Below, in pieces: positions 11,851 through 24,661 of a DNA stretch of 64,000 bases. The DNA comes from Haliotis cracherodii (lineage: Eukaryota). The notes below the pieces were generated by a model. It did not search any database. It was not told the origin of the DNA and saw only the letters and a program-made list of their open reading frames with translations. Location: the NCBI RefSeq assembly GCF_022045235.1, contig NW_027266341.1:58838001-58902000 (forward strand), in the 5' to 3' direction. The position numbers and the translations under genes are program-made. Within the stretch, counting starts at the first letter, position 1, and the number at the start of each line of letters is the position of its first letter.

Positions 11851-12446
11851 TAATCTAGCCTCACTGACAGCTGATCTCTCCTGGGGTCAGTTATCCAAGC
11901 ATCGGTACTACCCACTGTCCATTTTAGTCAGTTCAAACAGGAAACTCTGGGAACCTATGCTACCTAGAACTCTATGAGGGACTATCAGGAAATGATAATT
12001 AATCTATTTATTCTACACTGATACAATGAGTTCCCATCTATATATCTATATTAGATCATGGTAACTCCTATACTTTATAGGCTTACAGTGGTGTTAGCAC
12101 TAAGATTGCTTTGTGCAAGTGGGACTAGATGTTTTTCATTGGGGTAGGCAACTAGGTCTGGAGATTTCTTATCAAGTTCTTTTTCACTTTTAATAAATCC
12201 AACTCTGTTTCTTTAAAGATTTGGACAGTGTAACAACTTTTAATTCGAAATTCACACAAATTGTACAAAACTTGACACCTCTCATGAGCCAATTGTGTTT
12301 TTGGATGACGCTCCTCAGAATCTCTCCAGCCCTTCCATCCCAGTATAAATGACTATCACCTAATGTCAGACTTATGGGGTCTACAGTGGTACCATCTGGC
12401 AATACCACAAAGACTATTTCTAGACTCATTCACGATACTGACTCAC

Positions 12447-12458
12447 TCAAAAGTGCTT
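12447..12458 (-). CDS. TTC6: Candidate 12-nt microexon (EALL)
   Basis: poly-T + cacag acceptor, AAGCACTTTTGA, GTGAGT donor; symmetric phase 1. Confidence 0.5.
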   Translation of the reverse strand, partial: KHF

Positions 12459-13084
12459 CTGTGAAAAAAAAAAACCACGTAAATGACAAATATTAAAATA
12501 GAAACAGATCGTATTCCACAACAGTGAATGACATGGAAGTGCAGATAGAAAAATGTTCTCAAATTTATAGACAAGGCAGACATTTCAGATCCAGCAAGAA
12601 AGATTGAACAAAACGTAAGTTTCAACTGACCTCGATGACCATCCGGGCTGTCACTTGCTTCATTCACAGCTGCAATAAATAGTTAGAGTTATAATACCAG
12701 TTGTGACTCAAGTGATGAAGGTCTTTGACATTAACCACTTTGAAAACCCGATCAGCATGGTATGGTCCTGAGAAAACAAGGATGAAATTCAGGGCAAAAT
12801 CTGGGAATCGTCCCTGATTAGAAGATCCTGGCATGCCTAAGGGATGCAACTCTGCACAGCGTTTTGTGGCACCTTGGGCCACTGAGCTACTGGCGCCCCA
12901 CTCCCAAATGATGTCACTTTGGAATGTAGATTTATTATCAAATATCAATATAACCAATATCAATCAATGGATGAAATGAACATGACACAGTGAAATCATT
13001 TCTAAAACCATTCGTTCTCTCTAGCCTAAAACCACAAGACTAAAAATTTTCTCTCTCCCATAAACATGCTACAGCTCTATTGAA

Positions 13085-13289
13085 TACCTGATTTACAAAG
13101 CCATCTTAGCAATGTGACTTTTAACTCCCATAGTTTACCACAGACAGTCCGAGCACTAAGATCCCTTTGTGAAACAGGTCCAAGGGTCCACTTCCACAAA
13201 TCGATCTTAGCACTACTATCTGTGGTGTTAGCACTAAGTATGGGAGTTGCGATCATCTTAGCGCTAAGATTGCCAGAATCAGGGCCCTG
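13085..13289. mobile_element. Two tandem ~110-bp palindromic MITEs (ttagcgctaag family)
   Basis: Similarity to the intact copy at 62593-62701. Confidence 0.6.
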
Positions 13290-13301
13290 GTCAGTAGGTA
13301 C

Positions 13302-13381
13302 CTATATCACTTAGTACAGCACTGGCCCGGGACATGACCCTGTCCATGATCTCCTGGATCCTCCGGTCAGCATCCGACACG
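13302..13381 (-). CDS. TTC6: TTC6-like exon (IVSDADRRIQEIMDRVMSRASAVLSDI)
   Basis: atttcag acceptor, G|GTACCT donor; phase 2 to 1; recalls TTC6 ASDQTIKELIRSVL (from memory). Confidence 0.8.
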
Positions 13382-14590
13382 CTGAAATTACAGCAGAAAA
13401 CTGCATAAGTAGGATTAACATCTCTGGATGAACAATCTCCCACAAGCCAGAGAGGGAGCTGGGCTTAACACTGCTTGAACAGTAGTCAGTTATATCATGG
13501 CCACTTAAACTAGAGAGTTTTACCACTTTGTTGAAACCTACATTCAAATCAACCCTTTATATCAGTGCGATACGCATCAGGTGACCTTACTATTCAGCCA
13601 ATCAGAGTAGAGAATTCTAAATACTTGGTACAAGTGAGAGAAGCATTCAAACCAGTACATTTGATTTCTGTATCTCCGAAATGAAGAAACCGTCAAGGTC
13701 CGAATGTCATTTCTGAGAGCCATGGCATCTACACCCAAAAGGGAGAGTACCCTCGAAGGAATATTTGAGTTCTGTGCTGTTATGCTATTGTTAAAACTGA
13801 AATTTCTGATTCAAGATGATAAGGAAAAAAAGCTAAAGTAATTAGACAGTGGATCTGATCAGCTCTGGAATTCAAACAATCCTTCATTTAGATTGGGCAG
13901 TTAAAGTTCACTCAGTGTTCACCGGACACGACCTTCTATGGAGGGGTGGCCAGATGTTCATGCAGAGAGGTATCGTATGGGAGTTATAGATCTGAATTTA
14001 ATTGAACTCAAAAGCATGGGTATGGTGCCATCAGGAAAAGGATCTTAATCTGGACTCAAACCCTGCCCATCTGATCCTGTCAAAGAACCAAACTCTGCAC
14101 AGCAAAGTTATACACCTTTGATAACCTGCCCTCCATTCAGTACATACCGTATTCAACATATTAAATGCCCTTCTCATGTGCCCCATAAGCAAATTCTAAA
14201 CCAATCCTTATAAGCATCCCAAAATGTGACAAAAAATTTACATGACACTTCATATTTAAAACCATTTTTCACAGAAAACAGCAGAGCAAAAGGGAGATAT
14301 AACTGCCAAGTGGCTAGAAAGTTTTCAGTTTGATCGATGTTTGAAATAAGTTTCGTTTACTACTGCTCGATATCTGAAAACAAAATTTAACTCATTGTGT
14401 AAGATTTTAAAGGGCACCCCTCTTTGTCAATTTTCTGGGGTGCTCTTTACTGTATACATGTATATGGTATGTGAGATTCCCCTAAACTGGTATTAATGAT
14501 GTAGTCGACTATCACTCAGATAACAGGCATATAGCATTCTGCACAAGCGTGGTTCACACTACAGAGAGACAAGTCCTGCGTCCAACTCAC

Positions 14591-14720
14591 ATCCCCGTCC
14601 TGGACTGGTCTCTGAGGGAGGAGATGATCTCATCGACTGACCGCTCCGACCGTGGCCTGGACGTTGCCCCACTCTCCTCCTCTGGATCTCTCGCTGACAG
14701 CTTCCCTTTGACCTTCTCAC
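14591..14720 (-). CDS. TTC6: TTC6-like exon (GEKVKGKLSARDPEEES...ERSVDEIISSLRDQSRTG)
   Basis: gttacag acceptor, AT|GTGAGT donor; phase 1 to 2; SVDEIISSL recalls human TTC6 SIEEIIASL (from memory). Confidence 0.8.
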
Positions 14721-14739
14721 CTGTAACACAGCCACAGTC

Positions 14740-16105
14740 TTATCTCACTGTCACATCCAACATCACATCTCAGTGTCACACCTCATCTTCAATCTCATCA
14801 TCACATCTCACTGTCACATCTCATTGTCACATCCATCATCACATCTCAGTGTCACATCTCATTGTCACATCCATCATCACATCTCAGTGTCACATCTCAT
14901 CTTCAATCTCATCATCACATCTCACTGTCACATCTCAGCAACACATGTCACTGTCACATCTCATCTTCACATCTCAGTGTCACATCTCATCGTCACATCT
15001 CAGCAACACATCTCAGTGTCACATCTCATCTTCAATCTCATCATCACATCTCACTGTCACATCTCAGCAACACATGTCACTGTCACATCTCATCTTCACA
15101 TCTCAGTGTCACATCTCATCGTCACATCTCAGCAACACATCTCAGTGTCACAACTCATCGTCACACCGCAGAATCACATCTCAGCAACACATCTCAGTGT
15201 CACATCTCAGCAACACATCTCAGTGTCACATCTCATCTTCACACCTCGGCATCACATCTCATTGTGACATCTCAGCATCACATCTCATCATCACACCACA
15301 GTGTCACATATCAGTGTCACACCTGTGTCACACCTCAGTGTCACATCTCGTCACATCTCAGTGTCATTCCTCAGTGTCACACCTGTGTCACATCTCATCG
15401 TCACAACTCATCGTCACACCGCAGCATCACATCTAAGCAACACATCTCAGTGTCACATCTCAGCAACACATCTCAGTGTCACATCTCAGCAACACATCTC
15501 AGTGTCACATCTAAGCAACACATCTCAGTGTCACATCTCAGCAACACATCTCAGTGTCACATCTCATCTTCACACCTCGGCATCACATCTCAGTGTCACA
15601 ACTCATCATCACACCACAGTGTCACACCTGTGTCACGCCTCAGTATCACATCTTATCTTCACATCTCAGTGTCACAACTCATCATCACACCACAGTGTCA
15701 CACCTGTGTCACGCCTCAGTATCACATCTTATCTTCACATCTCAGTGTCACACCTCATCATCACACCTCATCATCACACCACAGTGTCACATCACATCTT
15801 CACATCTCAGTGTCACACCTGTGTCACACCTCACTGTCACACCTCAGTGTCACACCTCAGTATCACATCTCAGTGTCACACCTCATCATCACACCACAGT
15901 GTCACATCACATCTTCACATCTCAGTGTCACACCTGTGTCACACCTCACTGTCACACCTGTGTCACACCTCACTGTCAAACCTGTGTCACACCACAGTGT
16001 CACATCACATCTTCACATCTCAGTGTCACACCTGTGTCACACCTCATCGTCACACCTGAGTGTCACAACTCAGCATCACATCTCAGTGTCGACCCTCATC
16101 GTACA
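14740..16105. repeat. Complex 13-bp variant minisatellite filling an intron
   Basis: CACATCTCA plus a variable 4-mer (GTGT/TCAT/GCAA/CTGT/TCTT/TCGT). Confidence 0.95.
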
Positions 16106-16179
16106 ATTCCTGGTAAAACAAAACAAAGATACCTATTCACACCTGATCACCAGGAAAACACTACAAGCAAGAAGCTGAC

Positions 16180-16354
16180 CTTTCCCTGCACTCTTGCGTG
16201 TCTCCTTCTTGATGCTGTTGCTGCGTGATCTCCGCGGAGTGGGGGTTCCTTGCTTCTTCCTGTCTGCTGACTTCAGATGCTGCTTGTACAGGGGGTCTGA
16301 GTCTGGGCTGCTGATCTTCTTGGCCTCATCCAGGAGCGCTCGGACAGACTTCAC
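16180..16354 (-). CDS. TTC6: TTC6-like exon (VKSVRALLDEAKKISSPDSDP...RKSAGK)
   Basis: ccttgcag acceptor, G|GTCAGC donor; phase 0 to 1. Confidence 0.8.
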
Positions 16355-16438
16355 CTGCAAGGATGACATTAGTACAGATACCGCATTACCTTGAGGTGGG
16401 CTAGAGTACTTAAAGTGTTAACTTGTTGTGACAAAGGT

Positions 16439-16795
16439 GGCGAGGTGAGGTGAAATGGGGTTTAACGTCGCGTCCACGATTATTGCACTTATATAGTGAC
16501 GTGCATGTACGTGTGTGTGTTTGTGTGGCTGCTTGTACTAGTCCAGACTGAAGCCGATTTATAGTGCTAGCCCACTGAGATACCATGCTGCAGTTTAACA
16601 TGAATACCCCACTCAGACACAGTATACGGACTCCGAGCCGACCAGTCCTTGTTTTAGCCCCTTAATGCCGAACCCCAAACAGGGTAACAACAAGTACCAT
16701 CTTTTAACGTCTTTTGGTATGACGCGGCCTGGGGATCGAACCCTGGACCTTCCACTCTCCGGGCGGATGCTCTACCACTAGACCACGGAGGCGGT
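16439..16795 (-). mobile_element. SINE family A, full length with TSD
   Basis: TSD ttgttgtgacaaaggt at 16423-16438 and 16795-16810. Confidence 0.92.
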
Positions 16796-17861
16796 TGTTG
16801 TGACAAAGGTTAATACATTACCTCTGGTGTAATATTGCAGGGATAGTCACACTTACATCAGGAGACAATGTTGGTAAGAGTGAGTGAGTTAAAATTTAAC
16901 GTCACAACATGAATATTTCAGCCATAAAAAGGCGAGAACATGTTGATATATACACAAGTGAGTCATGAATACAAAGTTATATTTAAAAACAAATTTGCGA
17001 AACATATATAACATTATTATTAATACAGTCTAAAACATGGCCATAGGCCACCAGTAACCAAAGCTATGCTACCTCGCTGGGGATCATGGGGACTTATGGT
17101 GCTTCAGCTTCCTGCACGATACCCCATAGGATTGATAACTGTGAGCAAGTGGGTAGGTGAGCGAGTGAGTCATTCTGTCTTATTTTTCATTGCGATTGTT
17201 TGTCTGTTTTATTCGGCCGCAGTCAGCAATATTCCAGCTATATCACAGCAACCTGTAAATAATTGAGTCTTGGACAAACCGGTGGTTGATATCATGAGCA
17301 ATGCCCCCCCACCATGCAATCAACAAGTCAGCGAGCCGGATCACACAAGCCAATAATTTCTTGTAGCTCATGACAAGCAATAGACCGCTTATATCACAAA
17401 CTGAGTTCACTATTTGGTGTGATAATGTGTGAAACATGCTATTTCTTCAATTGCGTTTATTGTTTGTGTTTCAGTACTCATCTCACTTGTTTTGTTGTGA
17501 GACTTTTCTTTGTTTAAAATATTTGCCGATCTTTGTATAAAATAATAAGGCACTTTGTTCCTTTTGGTGGTTGCGTGAGCTCAAATCAATAATAACCTGC
17601 GATATGTCCAACTCTAACAGTGACACTAGTTTACGAGTTGTCATGGAAGATGAACTGGTGATTTCTGAAGGAGAAGTACAAGTGAATCCCTACATGTTTG
17701 AAACTGTTGATCACCAATAGTTACGAGGATAACCAGGATCATCCCCATCTTCAAAGTTAAATTAAAACATCCAGATTCAGAAAAAGAACAAAAATCCGAA
17801 CACTGACCAGCAGTGATCTGTTGATTCCATATGCTATATAAATATATAGTAGACAACCTAC

Positions 17862-18061
17862 ACTAGAAGCCCTGCTCTTGAGTTCAGCCTCCGATACACC
17901 GACGGCTGTCTCTACATTCTCCATGTCTGTGTCCATGTCCTCGATGGCCTTGTCGTACTTGCTGTAAACCGTGTCATCGGGGAGGCTGATGGGGGCACTG
18001 CGCAGGGAGGACGGGATGCTGCGAGCACTCTTCTGTCGACTTGGCTCAGTATCCTCTCCAA
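17862..18061 (-). CDS. TTC6: TTC6-like exon (VGEDTEPSRQKSARS...ELKSRASS)
   Basis: gctag acceptor, AGT|GTAGGT donor; phase 1 to 0. Confidence 0.75.
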
Positions 18062-18909
18062 CTAGCATGTGGGAACACATAACGCGTACATTGCTATGAT
18101 AATCATGAGGAAGTTACATTCATCAAATTAGTGGAACTTCAAAATTGGAAATGAACATAAATATCCCAGTCATCTAAGATCATGGATTCGAATTCCACAT
18201 TTGCCCTGATTAGGTTTCTAGGTTTGTCAGCACCTTGCCCGTGCTCGTGGGTATCACCAAGGTGGTAAATGTCTTAACACCTGCATCACTTCGGGCTTTC
18301 CACCCACATCAAGCTGGCACATCAAAATATCACTTTGCCAGTGAAGCAAACATAAAATCTAAACTTTGCAATTTGAAATTCTTTTTGACAATGCCCCACA
18401 TAGATATTTCCCCACACAACATGGGAGGGAAATGTCTCGACCCCACATCAACCATCAGCTTCAGCCAATGTAGACCACTGTAAAGTAAACCACCTCACAG
18501 ATACACATTTATACCAATTAGTGGTACATACCATTCATCACAGTGGGAGTGAGTGAATTAAGCATGTTAAGTAGGATTACACTTTGAAATCCTTGTGGGC
18601 TTCTCAGTACTCGGTTTCAGATTGGTTCATATTTTGGATGTTGACTGATATTTACCCAAAATGTCCTACGGCCCCTTTTTTCAATCACATTGTTTAAGAA
18701 CTATTTTTTCCAAAATCATAGGTTTGGTGGGACAATAATGTTTATAAGCAATTTCTAAAACAAACTCCTGGTTGGACAAAAAGGAAAAATATTTTGGAGG
18801 AATGACAAACTGAAGGGTTCCTACATTTTATATACATGAAATCTACTTGAAATGAGACAGTGCTCAAAATATTAATATTAATAATGTCTCTAGCAATATC
18901 CATCTGTAC

Positions 18910-19159
18910 CTGGGCTGATGACATTCCTACGAGAACACCTCTTGCGTTTGTTCAGGTAGGATGGTCGAGGTGGCGGCTTCTGCCTCTCACTGAACATGAC
19001 ATTTTGTATTGTGCCAGTCTGAGACAAAATGGCAGGCTTCTTCTTCGTCTCAGCATCCGCCTTGGCATCCTCCTCTAGACGATAGATCTTGTCATTCAGG
19101 ACGATGCGAGGGATGTCCGTCGAGGGTGGAGGGGGCGTGGCAGGGGTAGCTTGGTTTGC
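18910..19159 (-). CDS. TTC6: TTC6-like exon (ANQATPATPPPPSTDIPRIVLND...KKPAILSQTGTIQNVMF...RNVISP)
   Basis: ctctccag acceptor, G|GTACAG donor; 250 nt open; phase 0 to 1. Confidence 0.8.
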
Positions 19160-19194
19160 CTGGAGAGGAAAATGTTTAAGAAATTTATCAACAT

Positions 19195-19478
19195 TGTGTG
19201 TCTGTGTGTGTGTCTGTGTATGCTTGTAATAGTACGAACTAATGCCGATTGCATAATGCTAGCCCACTGAGATACCATGCCGACATTTAACATGAATACC
19301 CCACTCAGACACAGTATACTGACTCAGAGCCGACCAGTCCTTGTTTTAGCCGCATAAAGCCGAGCGCCAGGCAGGGTAACCATCTTTAAGCGTCTTTTGC
19401 TTTAGACGCGGACAGGGACCCAACCCCGAACCTTCCACACTCCGGGCAGACATTCTTCCACTAGACCATGGAGGCGGT
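19195..19478 (-). mobile_element. SINE family A
   Basis: Head and core match the family. Confidence 0.85.
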
Positions 19479-19900
19479 AACTTACATTTTAGACAAAATG
19501 ACTTGGGCTGTAGGCACGATTCATCCCTGTGACATATCTAAGTTGACAGTTATACAAAGTGAGATGTAATCTACTGATGAACAAACTATTAAAATCACAT
19601 CCTGAATGCATGGATTTGCATAATCTGTGCAGTCTATAACAATAGTAGGGGTGGAAAGTTGCTTGTGGCCTTCAGTGCATGTATAAAGTCGGCGTGGTGC
19701 ATTGATGAATACACGTACAGCATGATCTCCAAGTGCTCCGAATGACACGCCACCGTTATCCCCAGTCCTGAATCACAATCAACTCTCGTCCCCTGTTCAA
19801 TCGGAATGGATTCTTCCATTGCACACTGAACTCTTCCAAATCGATGTGTTCACACAGTATATTTTAAAGTTTAGTTAGTAGTAGGATTGAATGAACTTAC

Positions 19901-19994
19901 TTGCTCCATTTCTAACAGAGTTATCTCCCCTTGCAAGACACTAGCAACAGCTGGGGCGCCTTTCAACAGTACTTTCAGATCAGCCAAGTTGGCA
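19901..19994 (-). CDS. TTC6: TTC6-like exon (SANLADLKVLLKGAPAVASVLQGEITLLEMEQ)
   Basis: tttcacag acceptor, CAA|GTAAGT donor; phase 2 to 0. Confidence 0.75.
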
Positions 19995-20389
19995 CTGTGA
20001 AAGACAATTGATATACAAAGATTTAGAAAGGAGAAAATAATATTTCTTTTTCAGGCATTTAAAATTCCAAACCATTCAGTCAGGCACAAAATAATCAGAG
20101 ACTGTTGCAGCCTGTAGCAAAGACTTTTGAGTCACACAACCCAAAGCTGTCTCTTGGCTTCAGTTTCAGTATATTTTAGTGTTATTATATGGACAATTAT
20201 TAGCTGAGTTTCCTAGACTGAAAACAGAATGTTCTTAGAGTCAGACTTGTGGCTAAAGTCTCACACTGCTCTGTTGTTCATGTTCATGTTCTGTTGCCAA
20301 TGATGTGAAGGATGACATCCTAAGAAGGTATTATTACACAAGGAGTGAGTGAGTGAGTTCGGTTTAATGCTGCTTAGTGTCAGCTTAAA

Positions 20390-20865
20390 GAGGGAGGTGA
20401 AATGAGGATTAATGTCGTGTTCAGGATTATTGCATTTATACAGTGACTTGTGTGTGTGTTTGTGTGGCTGCTTGTACAAGTCCAGACTAATTCCGATTTT
20501 CTAGTGCTAGCCCACTGAGATACCATGCTGCAGTTTAACATGAATACCCCACAGTATACTGATTCCGAGCCGATCAGTCCTTGTCTTAGCCCTTTATGTT
20601 GAGCGCCAGTCAGGGTAACAACAAGTACCATCTTTAACGTGTTTTTGGTATGACATGGCTAGGGATTGGACCCCGGATCTTCCGCTCTCTGAGCAGATAC
20701 TCTACCATTTGACCACAGAGACAGTCCTTAAGAGGGAGGAAAGCCCAAAGTGATACAGGTCTCAGATGTTTACCACTCTGGTGAAACCCATGAGCACAGG
20801 TATGGAGCTGACAAACCGAGAGACATAATGAGGGCGAACTGGATTTCGAACCCACAATCATAGGA
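20390..20865 (-). mobile_element. SINE family A nested in or adjacent to a family D copy
   Basis: Family A at 20390-20725, family D body at 20732-20865. Confidence 0.8.
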
Positions 20866-21138
20866 GGGCGCTTTAGATGTCTCGGCCCAAAATGCACCCT
20901 TTACAATAGGAAGTTAATCTGTATGATATACTTGTGTGACAAGAGGATTACATTACATAATGATTTGCCTTACTATGAAGAAGGAACAAAAGTCTCTAAA
21001 ACTGCTAAATGTTCTTAATATAGAATAATTTACATCTGAAACATCAACTGTGACCAAATGTATTATTAAAAATGAAACATTCAATTGAATCGAAATATCC
21101 CGAAATGCTTATTATGCCTGTGTCTTAATTCCAAATAC

Positions 21139-21190
21139 CTTGCTCTTGTTGGTACAACTCCCACTGACGACACATGGGCCTTTTTCAAAT
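21139..21190 (-). CDS. TTC6: TTC6-like exon (DLKKAHVSSVGVVPTRA)
   Basis: ttcttcag acceptor, AG|GTATTT donor; phase 1 to 2. Confidence 0.7.
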
Positions 21191-21234
21191 CTGAAGAAAA
21201 TCATGACATGCATTGTAAAATCACATCCATCAGT

Positions 21235-21506
21235 GAATGTCTGTTTGCTTGTTCAACTAAGTCAGTGAATCTGACCACTCGATCCCATTAGTTGCCTCTT
21301 ATGACAAACATGGGTTTCTGAAGATGAATTCTAACCCAGATCCCACAGCGGGAGACAAGCATGGGTTGCTGAAGATGACTTCTAACCTGGATCTTCACAG
21401 GGGGAGACAAGCATGGGTTGCTGAAGATGACTTCTAACCTGGATCTTCACAAGGGGAGGCAAGCATGGGTTGCTGAAGATGAATTCTAACCCTGATCTTC
21501 ACGGGT
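21235..21506 (-). mobile_element. Family C copy with 5' head repeated four times (~52-bp units)
   Basis: catgggttgctgaagatga(a/c)ttctaacc..gatcttcac repeated. Confidence 0.85.
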
Positions 21507-21628
21507 TTCATCATTGAATGAGTGGCTTAATGGATTTTACACTGTAGTAAGTACTGTCACACCAATAGCATGCAGTCACATATAAAGAAATGAAATCTGG
21601 GCCACCAATTACTTACATACTAGTGAGG

Positions 21629-21802
21629 GTGAGTGAGTGAGTGAGTATGGTTTTACGCCCAATTAAACAATACTCCAGCAATATCACAGCAAGGGGCACC
21701 AGAAATAGTCTTCAGACATTGTACCCATGTGGGAAATCGAACCCTGGCCTTCAGTGTGACAAACAAATGCTTTAACCAACCACTCTGCTACCCCACCGCC
21801 CC
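21629..21802 (-). mobile_element. SINE family B (short, tRNA-Asp/Glu-like head, (CACT)n tail)
   Basis: Other copies near 22269, 29966, 35727, 36068, 41117, 46874, 54993, 62404. Confidence 0.85.
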
Positions 21803-22490
21803 ATACCAGGGGGAACATGGTGAGTCCCCTGTCTGGATTCTGAGTTAGAATAGGTCACCAACAACCTCTGCTTGAAGGGGAAGAAATGGATCCGGTGGTC
21901 AGACTCGTGACTTGGTTGATTGCTGTCATCATACCCAGTGGTGTGGGACATTGCCCATAATATCAATCACTGGTTTGTCTGGTCCAAACATGATTATTTA
22001 CAGGCAGTGTAATATTGCTGAGTGTGGCATTAAAGAACAAACAACCAGTGAATTAATTCTGTAACTTTCGACATGAACATATCCTTGACAGTTAATCCAT
22101 AATTCTGAATGAGTAATTCTACATATTTAAAAAAAACACAGTCTATTTTCTTCAGTTAGTCTGTTGTTGGAATGACACAAAAAATCACCTGTGACAGCAA
22201 AATCATTGGATAAAGTCACAGTTATGTTTATATTACAATAAAGTGATATGCTATGTCAATACTCAGGGGTGAGTGAGTATTATTTTACACCACTTTTAGC
22301 AATATTCCAGCAATATCATGGTGGGGGACACCAGAAATGGGCTTCACACATTGTACCCTTGTGGGGAATTGAAACCTTGATCTTCGGTGTGATAAGTGAA
22401 TGCTTTAACCGTTAGGCGACCCCACCGCCCAAATAAGGGCACTAAGGGCACAAATCCTGAACAATAAAATAATCGTCCTCGTTGGCTCAC

Positions 22491-22614
22491 CTGTTGTAGT
22501 GACAGTGTGCTCCCTGGCATAGGGGAATTTTCGCATCTTGTCTGGGGCGTCGGGGCGGCGATGCTTATCCAGGGGGTTGTAGGGGGGGATGTTGGGAATC
22601 AGCTGGAAGTGGTC
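22491..22614 (-). CDS. TTC6: TTC6-like exon (DHFQLIPNIPPYNPLDKHRRPDAPDKMRKFPYAREHTVTTT)
   Basis: tctcag acceptor, G|GTGAGC donor; phase 0 to 1. Confidence 0.8.
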
Positions 22615-22771
22615 CTGAGATAACAAACAAACACATATTGTAGTCCAGTCGGAAGACATGGTGAAGGGTCATGGCTAGCCGAAATCAAGAGTAATTCTGC
22701 AAGTCCTTATTCTGCATATTCCAAAAGGCAGCCATTAGCCTTGCTTACCAATAACTCAGAGTGTGGATGTA

Positions 22772-23030
22772 GTTTGCTTGTTGGTTAACGCGGCACTCAG
22801 CAATATTCCAGCGATATGAAGGCACTCTGTAAATGATCAAGTCTGGACCAGACAATCCAGTGTTTAACATCATGAGCATCGATCTATGCAATTGGGATAT
22901 GATGACATGCATCAACCAAGTCAGCGAGCCTGACCACCTGATCCCATTAATTGCCTCTTACGACAAGCATAGTCGTCTCTTACGGCAAGCATGGGTTGCT
23001 GAAGACTTGTTCCAAACCGTATCTTCACAG
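22772..23030 (-). mobile_element. SINE-like family C, full length
   Basis: Matches 402-662. Confidence 0.85.
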
Positions 23031-23664
23031 TTCTATGGATGTAAACCTATGATGCATGATAATTAGTCCCTAGCAACCTGCGCTGGTCGTAAGAGACGAC
23101 TTAATGGATAGGGTGGTTGGACTCGGTGAGGGTGTGTCAACATGGTCAATGTCAACAGCATAGATTGTTGCTCACAACATCAATCACTGGATCATCTGAC
23201 CCAGTCTTGATTGTTGCTGACGAATTCTGCATGTGCATACTTCTCCAACTCACACGCTACATGCACACCTGACCATCCCCGCATCAGTTACACTAGCCTG
23301 TCAGCTCTAGAAAGAGAATGATGTGGCATGGGGTGTCAGGTGATCAAACTGCTTAGACCACAGTACACAGGATTCTAGCGCGGGCCCATTTGTTTGGGTG
23401 GTGACTATGGTGATGCGGGGGGTGTTCGGGTGAAAGGTTTTTAGAAGATGGAAACTGTTTTAGGATGTTGCTACAAAAGAATCGAAGGAAGAAATGCATA
23501 TGATATGTTTAAAAATAATTAATTTACTGTAGCCTCATTGAATAGAGATACACTGGACAGCTGGCAGTGGATCAACTCACTCCAATATATGACCGAGCAC
23601 ATGCAGCATATCATTAATTCTAATTTGACATCGTGACTCTTTTCAAAGTTAGAACTAATGGTTC

Positions 23665-23914
23665 TGGTTTGTTGTTTAACGCCGCACTCAGCAATATTCC
23701 AGCTATATGACAGCGGTCTGTAAATAATCGAGTCTGGACCAGACAATCCAGTGATTAATATCATGAGCATCAATCCACGCAATTGGGTGTGATGACGTAA
23801 ATTAACCAAGTCAGCGAGCCTGACCACCCGACCCCGTTAGTCGCCTTTTACGACAAGCATAGTCGACTTTCACGGCAAGCATGGGTTGCTGAAGGCCTAT
23901 TCTACCCCGGAATC
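23665..23914 (-). mobile_element. SINE-like family C
   Basis: Matches 402-662; slightly 5'-truncated. Confidence 0.85.
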
Positions 23915-23962
23915 GATAGAACTAATGTCCCAAGTTGTGTTGATATAATAATGTTGATATAC

Positions 23963-24059
23963 CTTAGTATATGAAGTTGGCTGAAGATCATCGTGAAACA
24001 CTGGAACAGTTTTCTTCTTGTCGCGAACTTTCTGTGGCTTGAATTCAGGTTGAAGTTTC
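23963..24059 (-). CDS. TTC6: TTC6-like exon (KLQPEFKPQKVRDKKKTVPVFHDDLQPTSYTK)
   Basis: ttgcag acceptor, AAG|GTAT donor; phase 2 to 0 bridges the flanking exons with no stop. Confidence 0.75.
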
Positions 24060-24314
24060 CTGCAATAAAGATCCACACCATCAGATCATGTGGATTGTTT
24101 ACTGATTTAAATAAAAGACCAGTTAGTTGGCATACAGGTGACAATACACAATACATGTATTACTGCAAACCACATAGAATGAGTAAGCTTAAACATCATG
24201 AATGATATTAATCTCATGATCTTATTGTTATTAAAATCATATGGGAATGTTTATATTCATCTTCAATGTAAAACTAAGAGATTAATAAGAATGTCTTGTG
24301 GTAGTAAACATTGA

Positions 24315-24359
24315 GGTGAGGGCTTAACGTCGCGTCCAAGATTATTGCACTTATATAGC

Positions 24360-24394
<35 letters not shown>

Positions 24395-24661
24395 CTGATT
24401 GTACTAGTCCGGACTGATGCCGATTTATAGTGCTAGCTCACTGAGATACCATGCAGCAGTTTAACACGAATACCCCACTCAGACACAGTATACTGACTCC
24501 GAGCCGACCAGTCCTTGTTTTAGCCCTTTAATGCCGAGCGCCAGACAGGGTAACAACAAGTACCATCTTTTAACGTCTTTTGGTATGATGCGGCCGGGGA
24601 TTGAACCCCTGACCTTCCGCTCTCCGGGCGGATGCTCTACCTCTAGACCACAGAGGCGGTA
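24315..24661 (-). mobile_element. SINE family A with internal (TG)n and TSD
   Basis: TSD agtaaacattga at 24303 and 24663; a degenerate second copy follows at 24722-24945. Confidence 0.9.

Noticed and set aside
14549-16228. Long Ser/His/Thr-rich + strand ORFs (up to 438 aa)
   Set aside because: Stop-poor minisatellite, open in all three frames, antisense within an intron
19630-19850. Coding-looking intronic stretch
   Set aside because: Not needed for phase continuity, no clear splice sites, no recognisable homology
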